From NCBI RefSeq assembly GCF_006345805.1, contig NC_043009.1:15810001-15874000 (forward strand): a DNA stretch of 64,000 nucleotides, read 5' to 3'. The position numbers and the translations under genes were made by a program. The stretch is from Octopus sinensis (taxonomy: Eukaryota). The first letter of the stretch is position 1, and each line of letters starts with the position of its first letter. Below the pieces are notes generated by a model, which did not search any database, had not been told where the DNA came from, and worked only from the letters and a program-made list of their open reading frames with translations. Shown in pieces: positions 26,826-40,904 of this stretch.

Positions 26826-27500
26826 ACGCCTCTCTTCTTTCTTTCAACTCCGTCACACTTACTTCGTTCTTTCCACTTTTCTTTCTTTCGCTCCCCCTCC
26901 CTCACATTTCCTGGCCTTCCCTTCATTCTCACCTTCCCTCTCTTTCACTTCACTCTGTCCTTGTTCTTTTTTTCTCGTCTCTCTCTATTTCTTCTATCTA
27001 TCTGCCTCTACCTCTGTCCTCTCCTTCCATGTGATCGGTGTTCGGCCAAGCCTGACCTTTCTTTCTCGGTTCGACTACCGTCTGTGTAACATTTGTATTC
27101 CTTCTCGTGCCTGTCATCCTTTAAATCCCTACCGTAAGGCTTCACTTCCACACATGCCAGCTTAACTTAATTCGTCCTTAGTCGAAAGACACATGTTGTT
27201 AATGTCCTATTATTTACATTTGTATCGTGTAACATTTCTCCGTTTCCTTCCGTCCTTGTTTTCGTATACAATCACTGCTTTCTTCCAAGGAATCTAGTGC
27301 TCTTAGGTTAGATTTTCTTTGGTGGTGGCCAGATTGGAGCCCTCTCGAGTATAATCAGCCGATACTGCAAAGATAATATGGTACTTGACTGACGAAAGAA
27401 AACTCCGAATGACCCGTCCTTGTTTTTTCTTGTCCCTTTTTGTATCATCTAACTGTCTGGATGTCTTGTCGCCTAATGCGTTCTTGTCCCATTTTTTGTA
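26825..27500 (+). repeat. Unclassified dispersed element, family X copy 1
   Basis: Colinear with the reverse complement of 31640-32345: pyrimidine tract, CATGTGA/CACGTGA, GTCGAAAGAC, TTAGATTT..TTGG..CCAGAT.GGAGC, AATCAGCCGA, TTGACTGAYGA-N10-CGAATGWCCCGTCCT. Confidence 0.8.
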
Positions 27501-27544
27501 TTCTTATACACACACACACACATATATATATATGTGTGTGTGGT

Positions 27545-27627
<83 letters not shown>

Positions 27628-28227
27628 CTTATAAAAATCCGGAGGTGTGAGATAAAATATGAATATACATTATTTTAACATCCTTGATATTACGTAAAAT
27701 CCTTGATATTCCGGCCATTTCATAACCATTTTAACGTAATATTACTTACAGTATGGGAGAAATTGCGCTTGCTTATTTACATCAATATGTACGATTGGCA
27801 TTACGCAGTGCAATTGTACTTTTTCAAATCCATGCATCTAAAGAAAGCTTCCCATCATATCACCGGAACATCATTTTTACAGCAACGATTCAACTCTTAC
27901 TTTTATAAACACTCTACATTATACTTCCCTCTTTGCATTATATGTAGACTGTTAGCCAAATCTGTAATGAGAGCTTTCTGTGATAGCCACATGAATTTTT
28001 GAATGCACCTTATATATATATATTATATATATGTTTGTGTGTGCGTGTGTGTGTGTGTGTGTGCGTGTGTATGTGTGTGTGTGTGGCTGTATACGTCTGT
28101 GTGTGGTGTGTGCGTGTGTATGTTTGTTTCTGTTGTGTTGGTCAGGGCTGTGTCTGTGTGTGTGCACTGAGTATATTACTTATATTACTTATATATGTGT
28201 GTGTATATATATATGTATATATATATG

Positions 28228-28264
<37 letters not shown>

Positions 28265-28874
28265 ATATATATATGTATGTATGTGTGTGTATGTAAATAA
28301 CATATATATACATATACATAGATACAACAGAATATTTCTTAACAATATATCATGTGTACATTCAAGTGAGCACAAACACGTATATGCAGCGGTAATACTA
28401 TGTAGATATATGATAGTAACGTAGCCTTAATAAATGCGTTGAGTCGTTTATGTTTCAAAAATATACTGAACCCTGCATGAAATATGTCATGTAATATACA
28501 AATAATTTCAGTATCTATGCATTTCAACAAACTATTATAATTGTAATTTCAACTTTTTTTCTTTCTTTTTTTTTTCATGGGAGGTTACTTATATCAAATG
28601 GCCTCTAATGTAGATAATAATGTGAAGCAAAGTATTTTCTTAAACAATATTTTTGCGCAAACAGTATTTCTGAAGACCATCACGCTCTACGTTATTTAGT
28701 TTGAGACACTTGCTTACTCTAGGTCTCAGGAGATTTATAGATTGATTTGATAATGATGTATCATCACCTTTGACATTATTTATTACAAAATAGCAACTTA
28801 GTGGGACCAAACATAATATGGCTAAGAATTTCACAAACAGCAAAAGCTGTATCATGTTTATACACACAAACACA

Positions 28875-28946
<72 letters not shown>

Positions 28947-28953
28947 TACATAC

Positions 28954-28988
<35 letters not shown>

Positions 28989-29018
28989 TGTATGTATTTA
29001 TGTATATATATATATATA

Positions 29019-29358
29019 AGGCGCATGGCTCAGTGGTTAGAGCGTCGAGCTTACGATCGTGAGGTTGTGAGCTCGAATCCCGGACCGGGCTACGTGTTGT
29101 GTTCTCGAGCAAGGCACTTTATTTCACGTTGCTCCAGTTCACTCAGCTGTAGAAATGAGTTGCGACGTCACTGGTGCCGAGCTGTATCGACCTTTGTCTT
29201 TCCCTTGGATAACACTGGTGGCGTGGAGAGGGGAGGCCGGTATGCATGGGCGACTGCTGGCCTTCCATAAACAACCTTGCTCGGACTTGTGTCTAGAAGG
29301 GTAACTTTCTAGGTGCAATCCCATGGTCATTCATGACCGAAGGGGGTCTTTACCCTTT
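29019..29358 (+). mobile_element. SINE family C (tRNA head, CORE-like body)
   Basis: A box TGGCTCAGTGG, B-box-like CTCGAATCC; high identity to 33625-33956. Confidence 0.92.
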
Positions 29359-29532
29359 ATATATGTATATATATATACATATATATACACATACATATAC
29401 ATATATGTGTATATAATGTATACATATACATGCATACATATATACATACGTGTATTTATATATATATTTATATATATAGTATATATATGTTATGTATATA
29501 TATACACATATATATATATATAGATATAAATA

Positions 29533-29567
<35 letters not shown>

Positions 29568-29911
29568 TTATATCTATATAGATATATGTATATATATAGT
29601 ATATATATATACATATATATATATATATTTATATGTATGTATATATATATATATACATTGTATTGCATAATATATATTCTTTATTGCTTTGGACTCCCAA
29701 ATTCGAAGGAGACGATGGAAGGACATATTGCATGCCAAGCAATTTAGACCTAAAGAGGCCTTTCTATCGCCAAATTTTTCTTGTGACGCTGCCTTCCGGC
29801 CTAAAAAACGGCGGGCAGACTAAAAAAGAGCAAATGATTGTCGTTATATGAATAATTAGGTGCAGTATCCTTTTGAATTTAATGTATTTCATATTCTTTC
29901 GTTCTATTATT

Positions 29912-30110
29912 CTTGTACTTGTTTCAGTCATTCCACTGCAGCCATGTTGGAGCACCACTTTTAGTCGAATAGATCGCCCCTAGGACTTAATCTTTGTAAG
30001 TCTAGTACTTATTTTACCCGTCTGTTTTGCCGAACCACTAAGTTATGTGCATGTAAGCACACCAACATCGGTTGTCAAGGTGATAATGGAGAGATAAACG
30101 CAGACACAGG
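29912..30110 (-). mobile_element. SINE family B, 3' half
   Basis: TACTTGTTTCAGTCATT..GCCATGTTGGAGCACCAC..CCAACATCGGTTGTCAAG. Confidence 0.8.
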
Positions 30111-30729
30111 CATATATATGTGTATATGTGTGTGTGTGATTGAATTTATCATTAAAAATGCTAAATACATTGAGGTTCAAGAACTTGGAAAAGAGCACCC
30201 AAGAATAAAAGGATACTGTATCATATATTTCAACTTTTAGGCCAAGAAATAGCAAATTTCTTACCAGCATATATCTAAGCTAGTAGTTCCCAGCAAAGAC
30301 GAAGCACAAAGAATGCTCTCCTATAAACATATGGCTAAGCATGGCCTTCTCATATCCGACGCTAGCCCATCACGCTGTCCCCCAGCTACTGACTTTTTCC
30401 TCTACATGAGAGTGTGAACAGGAGTTCTCAGCCTTACTGGCCCCCAAGTCGAAGAGCCGGAACCGTCTTTCTGCGCTCAGCCATGATTTCTGATTCGATG
30501 TGAGCAAGGTTATGCACTTCGCATTAAATTGAGCTGTGTTCTTTGTTGTTAGTTCATTTGTGTTTTCTACTTGTGATTAAATTAATATCTGATTGAATTG
30601 AGTCTTCCTGGAACCAGGTGGTATGCGGCGGCTGTACGAAACCTCCAAGTGGTAAACGATTACAAAATGTTTGGGTACCACTGATCTAAGCCTACCAATT
30701 TTATTACAGGATTAAAAAATGAAAAAAGC

Positions 30730-31170
30730 CTCGGAAAAGTGTATTGGACAATACAAAGCTGCATACTCAAAGGGCTGACCCTAGAGAAGTAAATGTAACC
30801 GGTCAGACTGTAAGCAGCCACTTATTTTAAGGTCCCGATTTCCACCTCAAACGGAGCCCTACCATTAAAGTTACAAGCAACTTCTGCAATTCGGATAACC
30901 TAAACTACGTTGTAACATGTAAAATTTGCCGGAACACTACATCAGCTAACGGAAAAATAAGTAAGAAAATAGAATATCCCTACACCTGCAACAAACCAGG
31001 AAACAACACACAAGAAAAATACCATTGAGTGAACATAGAAATCACTGTAGGAGACATGTCTTACCCAAATACTTTATCTGCCCCTTCTATTAGTACGGAA
31101 CAGTAACAAACAAAGAAATATATTTTATTAACAAATACAAACCAAAACTCAATACATTATGCTTTAGTGA
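30730..31170 (+). mobile_element. PLE GIY-YIG endonuclease fragment
   Basis: Remnant ..KIPLSEHRNHCRRHVLPKYFICPFY*..TNKEIYFINKYKPKLN parallels 22322-22507 and 49950-50220. Confidence 0.8.
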
Positions 31171-31639
31171 ACTAACAATACTGACCGTATAAGAAGAATG
31201 TTTCCCCGTCTGTTACGCTAATGTACATTCTCACTAAATGAGAACTAAGCTGTAAGGAATGCCAATAACCACTCCAAGTGGAAAGAAACAGAAATATAAA
31301 GTCGTTCATATGATCATACTAATGTTCTTCTTGTATACTACTTTGTGACAGTATGAATACTGACAGCCACTCTCTCCTACATGTAGTACTGAATGTATGT
31401 ATATATTATATATATGGGTGTATATATGTGTATATATAAATGTAAATGCATAAGCAGATATGTATGTGTAAGTGTATGTACATATATAGATGTGCGTATG
31501 CTTATTTGTGCAAATGTGTATGTATATATATATATATGTATATTTATTTATATATAGTTCCATGGGTATATATTTATGTATATATATATGATTCCATGGG
31601 CATATATATATATATATTATATAATATATATATATATAT

Positions 31640-32345
31640 ATATTATGTAAACAGTAAAAATAAATACAGACATGGACAAGAACATAAACACCAAGAGACG
31701 ACACAAGAACCACAGGACGGGACATTCGAAGCCCTCAGTCATCAGTCAAGAACCAGATCATCTTCGCAATTTCGGCTGATTAATCTTGAGATTGCTCCGA
31801 TCTGGGCAGCCCGCCAAGGGAAATCTAAGCCAAGCGCATTAGATCCCCTAGAAGAAAGCTTCGAATGTATACAACACGAGGACGGAAAACGAACGAAGTA
31901 CACGAACAAAAATACAGAATACGTGACACCAATAAGAATACAAAAACGTAAAAACAATAACGGTAAAGATAAAAAACAAAACAAAACCAGGACGTAGGAC
32001 AAGGGTCTTTCGACAGGACGAGTTGAATTTGGGGCAGGCTTATGAAGTTGTGCCTAATGGCCGCAGGGAGACGAACAAATACGTGTTGCTTCGACGACTG
32101 CTGGAACGAAAAAGGCGCTCAGCAGTGGCTAGCGGTCACGTGAGAACAAAAGACAGGAGAAAGGGACAGATGAAAAGAGAGAGAAGGTGGACGAGGGAGG
32201 AGAAGAAAGAGACAGATCGAGGGGACTGGAGGTGAGAGAGATAGAGAAACGTAGAAGGGGGGGACGGATGGAGAGGGAAAGAAAGGAAGGGGAATAAGGG
32301 AGGAGAGAGAGAGAGAGAAAGAGACAGATCAAGAGTCGTATCAAT
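31640..32345 (-). repeat. Unclassified dispersed element, family X copy 2
   Basis: Homologous to 26825-27500 (same ordered blocks). Confidence 0.8.
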
Positions 32346-32479
32346 GCTAGAGAAAAAATATACTTATCGTATAAGGACAATTGTGGATACGTAGCCGCCG
32401 ATATACCCTACAATTATATGTGTGTATGTGTATGTGTGTGTAAAAGTATGTATGTCTGTATACCCTTCTGAATACGCAA

Positions 32480-32740
32480 GTAGATGAAAACAGAATTACA
32501 AACCTTCGAGTGGTCCACCACAAAATTGCACCGGATTTATTCCGCTAGTAACAAGAAGAAGGATACCTGCACAAACGCTACCCGATGATCTGCAATAACG
32601 CTACCCAAAATCATTGGTGTGACACTCTGTTGGAATAAAAAATATCCTTGTATTAAAAAACAGAAATCGTTTAGTTTAGTTCACAAGCGACGAAAAAAAG
32701 CCCAAATCAGCTATTTTGGAAACGTCATAAGTGACATGCC
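32480..32740 (+). mobile_element. Possible very old RTE LINE 3' remnant
   Basis: ELQTFEW..KLHRI and SLVHKRRKKAQISYFGNVI resemble the RTE region AFEMW..RR.LRI / KRQL.YFGH. Confidence 0.3.
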
Positions 32741-33102
32741 TATTTAATCATTAAACCACCGAAATCAAGGAAACCGGATTCAGATAAGTAGCATATGACT
32801 TATTTTTCTGTCATACAAAAGAAATATACTTTTAGCCTCAACAGTCAAGCAAGTGTATGCTAATAGCTTTTTTATATACAAAACACTTGATGAAACATGT
32901 GACTCCTTATTTTACCTTGTTCTTCCGTCAGTATCACTTTTGTTATATAAAATAAATTATATGAATTATAATAAATTATATGCATATACAAATATGATTT
33001 CACTTGAAGTGAAACAAAAACACTTATTCTGTGGAATCGTATCGTTATATCATTATTTTTCACTATAACATATTAAATGTTCATATATATATATATATAT
33101 AT

Positions 33103-33956
<854 letters not shown>

Positions 33957-34435
33957 AATATATACTAATAATATAGGATGAAGTTTTTTTACAGAAACAA
34001 AATTCCATCAAAAAAGTGGCAGCATATTAAAATACTTTTAAAGGTTAAAATTATAAATAACCTATAAACAAGGGCAAAAGAAAATTATTTCTATGCCAAT
34101 ATTTTGATAACAGACTTTTAAATCGTCAAATTCCACATATTATTATACCCACAACAGAAGTACGTTGTGCTGAAATCGAGGAAAGCTAGCGAAAGTCTGT
34201 TATCAGAATATTGGCATAGAAATAATTTTCTTTTGCCCTTGTTTATAAGTTGTATATATATATTAAGGTAGAAATAGAAAGACATGGGTAACAATTTTTC
34301 AAACTCTTTCGAAATTTCGGACTATCACCATACAAATAGACTACAGCAGAGTTAACTTCCTGGACGCTACATATATATATATATATATATATATGCGCGC
34401 AGACACACACACATACACACACACACACACACACG

Positions 34436-34512
<77 letters not shown>

Positions 34513-34515
<3 letters not shown>

Positions 34516-35400
34516 GACATTTGCGCCAATAACAAGCTTCAGAATTGTTCACCTCCACCAATTGAGGGACGATACCTATAGCCAACGAATTAGTAAGGAG
34601 ACTCTCTTTATCACAAAATACAGAACCCTTTTGACCGCATCTACAACAAACGACATATCCACCACGGCCTTAGAATAACACAAACACACACGCAAATATA
34701 AAAAAATGATACATTCAAGACATAAACAAGAATTCATTAAAAAACTGTTCCAGTCACTGCTATAATCCACAATGAGCCACTGTTAGGTCGCTTGACCATT
34801 TAACATCCTACTAATATCATATAACTTGCATCGTTTATTATTCTCTCTTCTCTTTCTCCTTCTTCTTCGTCTTCTTCCTTTTCGCCACCTCCTTCCTTAC
34901 TTTACCACTATTGCACTTTAGAATAACGCCTACCCAAATATTATAAATAATACATTCAAAAGAGATGTCTTAAGAATTCAATCACTACTACCATTCACAA
35001 CAAGTCACTTGACCATCTAGCATCATGCTACTATCATGGCACCACATATTCTGTTTCTTCTCCTATTCCTACGCTTCCTCTCCTCCTCCTCCATCTTCTT
35101 TTTGTTTCTCTTCATCTTCTTCTTCTTCTCTGCCAAGAATTCGCAATGATCTCGAACGCACAAGAGTAAACAAGAGAGACAGAGATAGGCAGAAACAAGG
35201 AAAATGCCCTTGTATTTGAATACTATGCAAATATTCTTTTTAAAAACTTTTCTTTTAATTTTTCAAAATTTTATTTTTTTCTATGCTTACAGTTGAAAAA
35301 GCCTCAATGACTGAAACCGGTATTGAAATGCTTTTTATAAAATCATTTTAGCATTTTCTACATTTATTTTTTTACATATATAAGTAGATATAGATATATA
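34513..35400 (+). mobile_element. PLE 3' fragment (endonuclease C-terminus, 3' region, pLTR with HHR)
   Basis: IDICANN..FRIVHLHQLRDDTYSQRISKETLFITKYRTLL remnant, followed by an HHR motif at 35287. Confidence 0.75.
35287..35328 (+). ncRNA. Minimal type I hammerhead ribozyme, U3-A8 core variant (slightly decayed)
   Basis: TTACAG-TTGAAAA-AGCC TCAAT GACT-GAAAC CG GTA-TTGAAA; palindromic stem III ACCGGT; one mismatch each in stems I and II. Confidence 0.6.
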
Positions 35401-35439
35401 GTTATATACACGCGCGCGCATACACACATATTTATGTGA

Positions 35440-35476
<37 letters not shown>

Positions 35477-35539
35477 TGTGTGCGTGCACATGCGTGCGTC
35501 TGTGGGTATGACTTCACATATAGGCAAAGTCTCGGAACG

Positions 35540-36640
35540 TATGCTTGGAAAGAAATTGATAAGATGGTTCATGGCATGATATGTCACAAACTGCAAGACC
35601 TTGGTATTTTCTGGTATTAGCTGAAATGAGTAGCTGCATCATTTCCTAACACTGAGAAGTCAGGCAGCTGGATTCAATGATGCTCTGTCTAAAAACACAT
35701 AAATTGTGACTGAAGTGTCTAGTGGCCATTACTGTTTATATTAACTAGACATTTCGATAGCTATTCAGACAGCTACAGTCACCAGCTACGCCGCTGATAG
35801 CAACTTAGCACAGCCGATAATGAACCGTTACAACATCACCAGATTACAGAACACTGAGTAATACAACCTGCATTTACAAGACCCGAAGGCACTGCAATCC
35901 CAGAGGCAGAGACAGTGAGAGACTTCGGTATCGGTATGAGTAATGAGTCATCATTTCATATCCACAGTACGAAGACTGATAAACAGTAAAAACAAGTGGT
36001 AGGATTGATACTATAGTAGTTCAAGACAAAAGACCGTGAATTCATGTTGATACTGTGGAAGATATTTCTTCTCAGCGGCCTACACTACCGCTCTCAGAAC
36101 TGGACACCACATAGTGCCAAACCAACAGCGGGGCTTGAGGCGATTCAGCGTTACTACACTGAAAAATATTGTAACAGTGTAGCTCATGAATTACAGGGCG
36201 GGGCTGGGAAAAGTGTAACTTTACTGCCTGGAGCTAAGATGCGAGAGACATCTGATAATTTACGTGTGAACAATTCTGGAAGGGTTAGTACTTAACTTTG
36301 GCATCGAATGTTATACAAATAATGGATGCTGCTGTGTTGTAACAAGGCTGTCATCGGCAACATCTAAAGTCAGGACAAAGTACTGAATGGGGTAGGATTC
36401 AAAATTACACACCTTTTCAATACACTGTTAAAAGGAAAATAGGAGAATCTTACACAATGTCTTCAAACATAAACTGAACTTTCTTACAAAGGCAGCAGTG
36501 TGAAACTCAGTCTTACTCCAAATGGGTCAACAACCTCAGGAAAGCGCATGCAGGAGTGAAGAAATCAACCAAGCAGCAAAAACGTGAAAGTACAAAATCA
36601 TGATTGTGCTCCAACATAGCTGCATTCATACGGCTGTGGA
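35540..36640 (+). mobile_element. CR1-clade LINE, 5'-truncated, decayed (RT C-half to 3' tail)
   Basis: IDKMVHGMICHKLQDLG, TVTSYAAD, AETVRDFGI, FKTKDREFMLILWKIF..WTPHSAK..LEAIQR, LYCLELRCER..ILEGLVLNFGIE, VFKHKLNFL; tail GTGCTCCAACATAGCTGCA. Confidence 0.88.
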
Positions 36641-39600
36641 TATTGCGTTTGACCCTTGAATGCATCCGTTGAGATACCTGCGTGACATGCTGCATGCCTT
36701 GGAATTTTTGAACTAGCGGCGGACGCTTTCCGCATCCACATTTTACGGAGACTGATTTCTTCCAGAAAAAGAAAGAGACAAACCCAGGGAAAGAGAAAGA
36801 TCGGCTGCAGTGGAGAGATGTGAAGCATAATTAATTGATCCAGAAAAATAATGCACTCTGGCGTTATATTTAATATCAGAGTGCAGAATGCAGATGGACC
36901 ACCGTTCAAACGATTGAAAAATTAAGTATCAGCGTCAGCTGATTGCTTTCATTTAGCTCTGTTAGTTCTTTCTGTATAAAATGGCTGATATAATTAGTTT
37001 TCAGTGCATATATATTTACGCCTGCTTACCTTTTTATTTATATATCACTTTCTTGCGTTGATCATTCGGCTGAGAAAGAAAATTGGCACCAGAATGCAAC
37101 TGGCGTTGAGATTTTTGGCAAAAGTGTACTGTAAATGTATACCATATTTGATGAACCACAAAGGATAATGCTGACAAAGTATTCAATTAATCAACGGGAA
37201 ATCTTTATCTTAAATCAAAGCGAATAGATGGTCTAATAAAAGAAGGTTATAATACTTTAAGCTCTCAACACAAATAGCTGTGTAAGAAAGTTTAATGTGA
37301 CAGAAAACTTGTAAATATTATGTGTCTTTTATTCTGGCACTTCACCAAAAATGTGTCACATGTACTGATATGCATTCTTCGTTTCACTGATTTAAGTTGA
37401 TAGATTTGTCATTCAACAGTTTTATACATTTTCAGAGAGTGTCAGCTTAATTTGGCAAGATATGAAACATTTGTCCTTTGCAGACTCCAATTGCGATTTT
37501 AATAAGAATCTATAAGCATAGCTTGTACCAATAAATTGTTCCGTAGGGGAAATTTTGAATGCCATTACTTCGAACATATAACCCGATTCTAAATCTTTAA
37601 AACTTAATTATCAGCGTTCGTATCTGCTATAATATTTGCTTTTTGATGGTATAATATAACATGTTTAACAATTTCTTTTTGTATAACGTATCACTTCTTT
37701 ACACCTTTGCTGTCATAGATTATTTCTAAAAGCTTTGTCAGAAGAAAGCAATGTGTGTATGACATTCAGAGCCTTTGATATTAGTGGGAACATGAGAAAA
37801 GCCGTTGTCAGACCGAAAACTTAATCATGATGTCTGCACTAGAGTGGGTTCCATTAAATATGCCCAAGGTTTAAAATAATTTATGAATACTCTGCGACTG
37901 GAATGATATAGCAAACAACACGAAGATTAATAGTTTTATCATTCGTTTAATTCAGTTACAATTTACAATCCTTTACTGAAATACTGCTGTATATTTCAAA
38001 ATCGCTCTTCATTTTTCACAGTGGAAGTAATTATATTCATTCACATAAATTGCAACTACTTTTCATTCAATCGCAATCTAATAGTTGTCTATCTTGTAAC
38101 GTTTCTGTTACAGTAATTCTCCTCGTTCGAACGTCTTGTGTCTACCACAGATAACACAAATTTTATTACGCGATAACTTATATCTATTGCTTCTTATATT
38201 GAAAAATGCGAGTAGACCATTTATATTTTAAGGAAATTTTGGCCCCAAAGACTTACTGAATTATCAGTTTTCTCCTTCAGATGCCTTTATTAAATACATT
38301 GAGTACTTTCATGCAACTTGTTAATTTTATCTCCTTCAATACAATCCTGCAAAACATTGTTAACGTTTACTGCAGGTCCTTTAGGTACGTCAATGTTAAA
38401 CAAAGTTTATGACAGCCATTATTTAGGGATGGTAAGTCATTCTAATCACTAGTAATGACCCAAATGAAAGCTTTTATGTTGTGTTCTGTAATGTACATCT
38501 TTATAGACTTGCCATTATTTAAAAAGTCTATTATATATTTTATGCATTATGATCAATACCTCGATTTCATAAAACGGATTTTTCCGAAGGCTTAATGTTA
38601 AATACCGAATGTACAATACGTTGATACATATGCTTTAAAAACCGAGTTCATATTCAGGTTTGCAGTTCTATTGTGAGCTGAGCAGAGGTCCTGCATGAGA
38701 ATATTCAAATTTTCCATCAAACCTACACATATAGGATAAGCTCTGGAAAAAATATTTCTATACCATTGTATAATAATCATGGTGATTACTCAGCCATTTT
38801 CATTTGCACGGTGTGTTATTGGAAAAATCTTCTACTTTCTCTTATCATGTACGGCTTACATATGTGTATGCCTGCTGCATTTGAATGTTCTAGAATCGCA
38901 ACTGTATCTTTAGATCAATGGAAAATATCTGATCATATTTTCGTTCTTTCCTGTTAATATTCTATGTGTGCATTGCCAATATAACAGAGTTTTCTCTGAA
39001 TTATACACCTGCTCAGAACACGTTTTTTTAAAACATATTAGTTCAAAAACACCTAATCTTCTTTGCTACCGAACTGATTTTATCTACATACAGTCTGCAT
39101 GGAAATTGTTTAAGCCATCCTTCACTAAAATGAATATAATATTCAAAGGGAACTGCTTGTAAAAATAGCTTATTCCCTTTATACAGAAACAACAAATCAA
39201 CGCTGTTACTCCAAAACTGTCGAAAATATTCTGTCCCCATTCGGTCATACTGAAGACTTTACCATCTTTCATAATTTTATTAATGCTCTTATGCTTTTGC
39301 TGTTATAGATCAATAATATAATTCTTTACCGATTCGGATTATAAATAATCGGCACGCCAATAACATAAGCATTATATAGGTTCTATACAGAAGCACCATG
39401 GTTTTGGTTTTTCAACATTTTAAATTACCTTGCGTCGGTATTAGTTGGGACTAAACGTTCATAGTGTTACCAACACTTTTACGTGCTTTACCAAACAAGT
39501 AAACGTATGAAATATAAAAAATTCAAACTATAACCACTGAATGCTACGCTGCAAACAATCTAAGGAGGTCATTGGCAATGCTATCTGCAGTCAACGTGTA

Positions 39601-40791
39601 TACAGGGTGGCTCAAATGTAGGTTTACAGATATTCAACTATCTCTTTTGAAATAAAGAATGATGTAAATCAATTATCATATATTAACAGTTTAGATCTTA
39701 ATTATAAAACAAAATATGAAACCATTATTCTATGCTAAGTTAGTTAATTTTGTCAAGCTCCCTTTTCAGTTTGTAAGATGGAAATTTAAATGTAATAAAA
39801 TGTTTTCAAAGAAATTTAAAGTGCTTACGCGATAAATGTAAATTTAATTTGGGGCCCTGTATTACAGGAGGTGTGTAATAATGCTAGGCATACACTCATC
39901 CACTCTCAACTAGGAATGTCTGAAAGGTTAATGACACGCCTGTACCATTCATGCCAGATCTGAACTAATATTTGGATAGGATATTCAATTTTATTATCTA
40001 TTTTCAATAAAAATACTCTTAAATCTTCAAAAACTCACAGGATTCTAAACTGTCAAATATACTTTTAGATTATACTTTCGTCTTTCAATATGACAAAAGG
40101 CCGAGGGTCAAGTTGATATTGGGACACACTTTTAACATATGTCGTTCTGTTTAATTCTTATTTACTGGGAATGAGAGGGAACGTTGCTTGAAACGTCATG
40201 GATTCAACTTCTTTTTCATGTTTAATAGATTTCGTTTAAACCGCTTCCTGTGTTTCATCTATATCATCCCCAATTAAAAAGTAATATCGCTTTTTTTAAA
40301 GAATTTTTGTCGCAATACATTCAGCAGGTATTATGCTTTGTGTTAAAGACCTGCACAAGTTTTAGCTACTGTAACATATTTGTATGGCAATACACGATTG
40401 CATGAAAATTGATTGTATTAAATGAATTGCTTGGTTATATTTCTTACAACTTTTACGGTTTCTTGTAAGAGATGAGAATACGAAACCGATCTTCTCTTCG
40501 AATAAATTAATTTCTATTTTGGTGGTGCCTCGCATATTGGTTTCATATGAAAGATACTTAAGAGTTTGCAGGTCTTCAGTAAAACACCTATACATGCGTA
40601 CACACAAACATTTTTAGCCTTGAAAAAGTAGTCGGAGGGCTGAGCCTCCAACCAGGACTTTCATGACACCCGTCAAACCAGGACATTTTCAGCATCCCTC
40701 GTAACTCTCACTCTTTCTCTCTCTTTCCCTCTCTCTCTCTCTCTCTCTGTCTCCCTGTATCTATTGATAGACAGGCAGACAGACAGATAAT

Positions 40792-40836
<45 letters not shown>

Positions 40837-40870
40837 CATACATACATACATACATACATACATACATACA

Positions 40871-40904
<34 letters not shown>

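Noticed and set aside
29019-29095. tRNA-like sequence (also 33625-33700 and other SINE heads)
   Set aside because: A and B boxes are present but there is no acceptor-stem closure, and it continues into a multi-copy SINE body
36513-36830. Minus-strand open frame with CGCGKR and RVKR, resembling a neuropeptide precursor
   Set aside because: No start codon or signal peptide, and its last 40 codons are the antisense of the CR1 3' tail
38260-39530. Hydrophobic frames resembling GPCR TM3-TM7 segments
   Set aside because: The segments fall in different frames and partly in the wrong order, with many stops; AT-rich DNA gives such translations by chance. An HMM search would be needed
39600-39865. 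TACAGGG...CCCTGTA possible Tc1/mariner MITE
   Set aside because: The inverted match is only 7 bp including the TA; the inner TIR sequences disagree
40160-40205. GGG..CTT-GAAACGTC minimal-HHR-like 3' half
   Set aside because: The core 5' half and stem I are not recoverable
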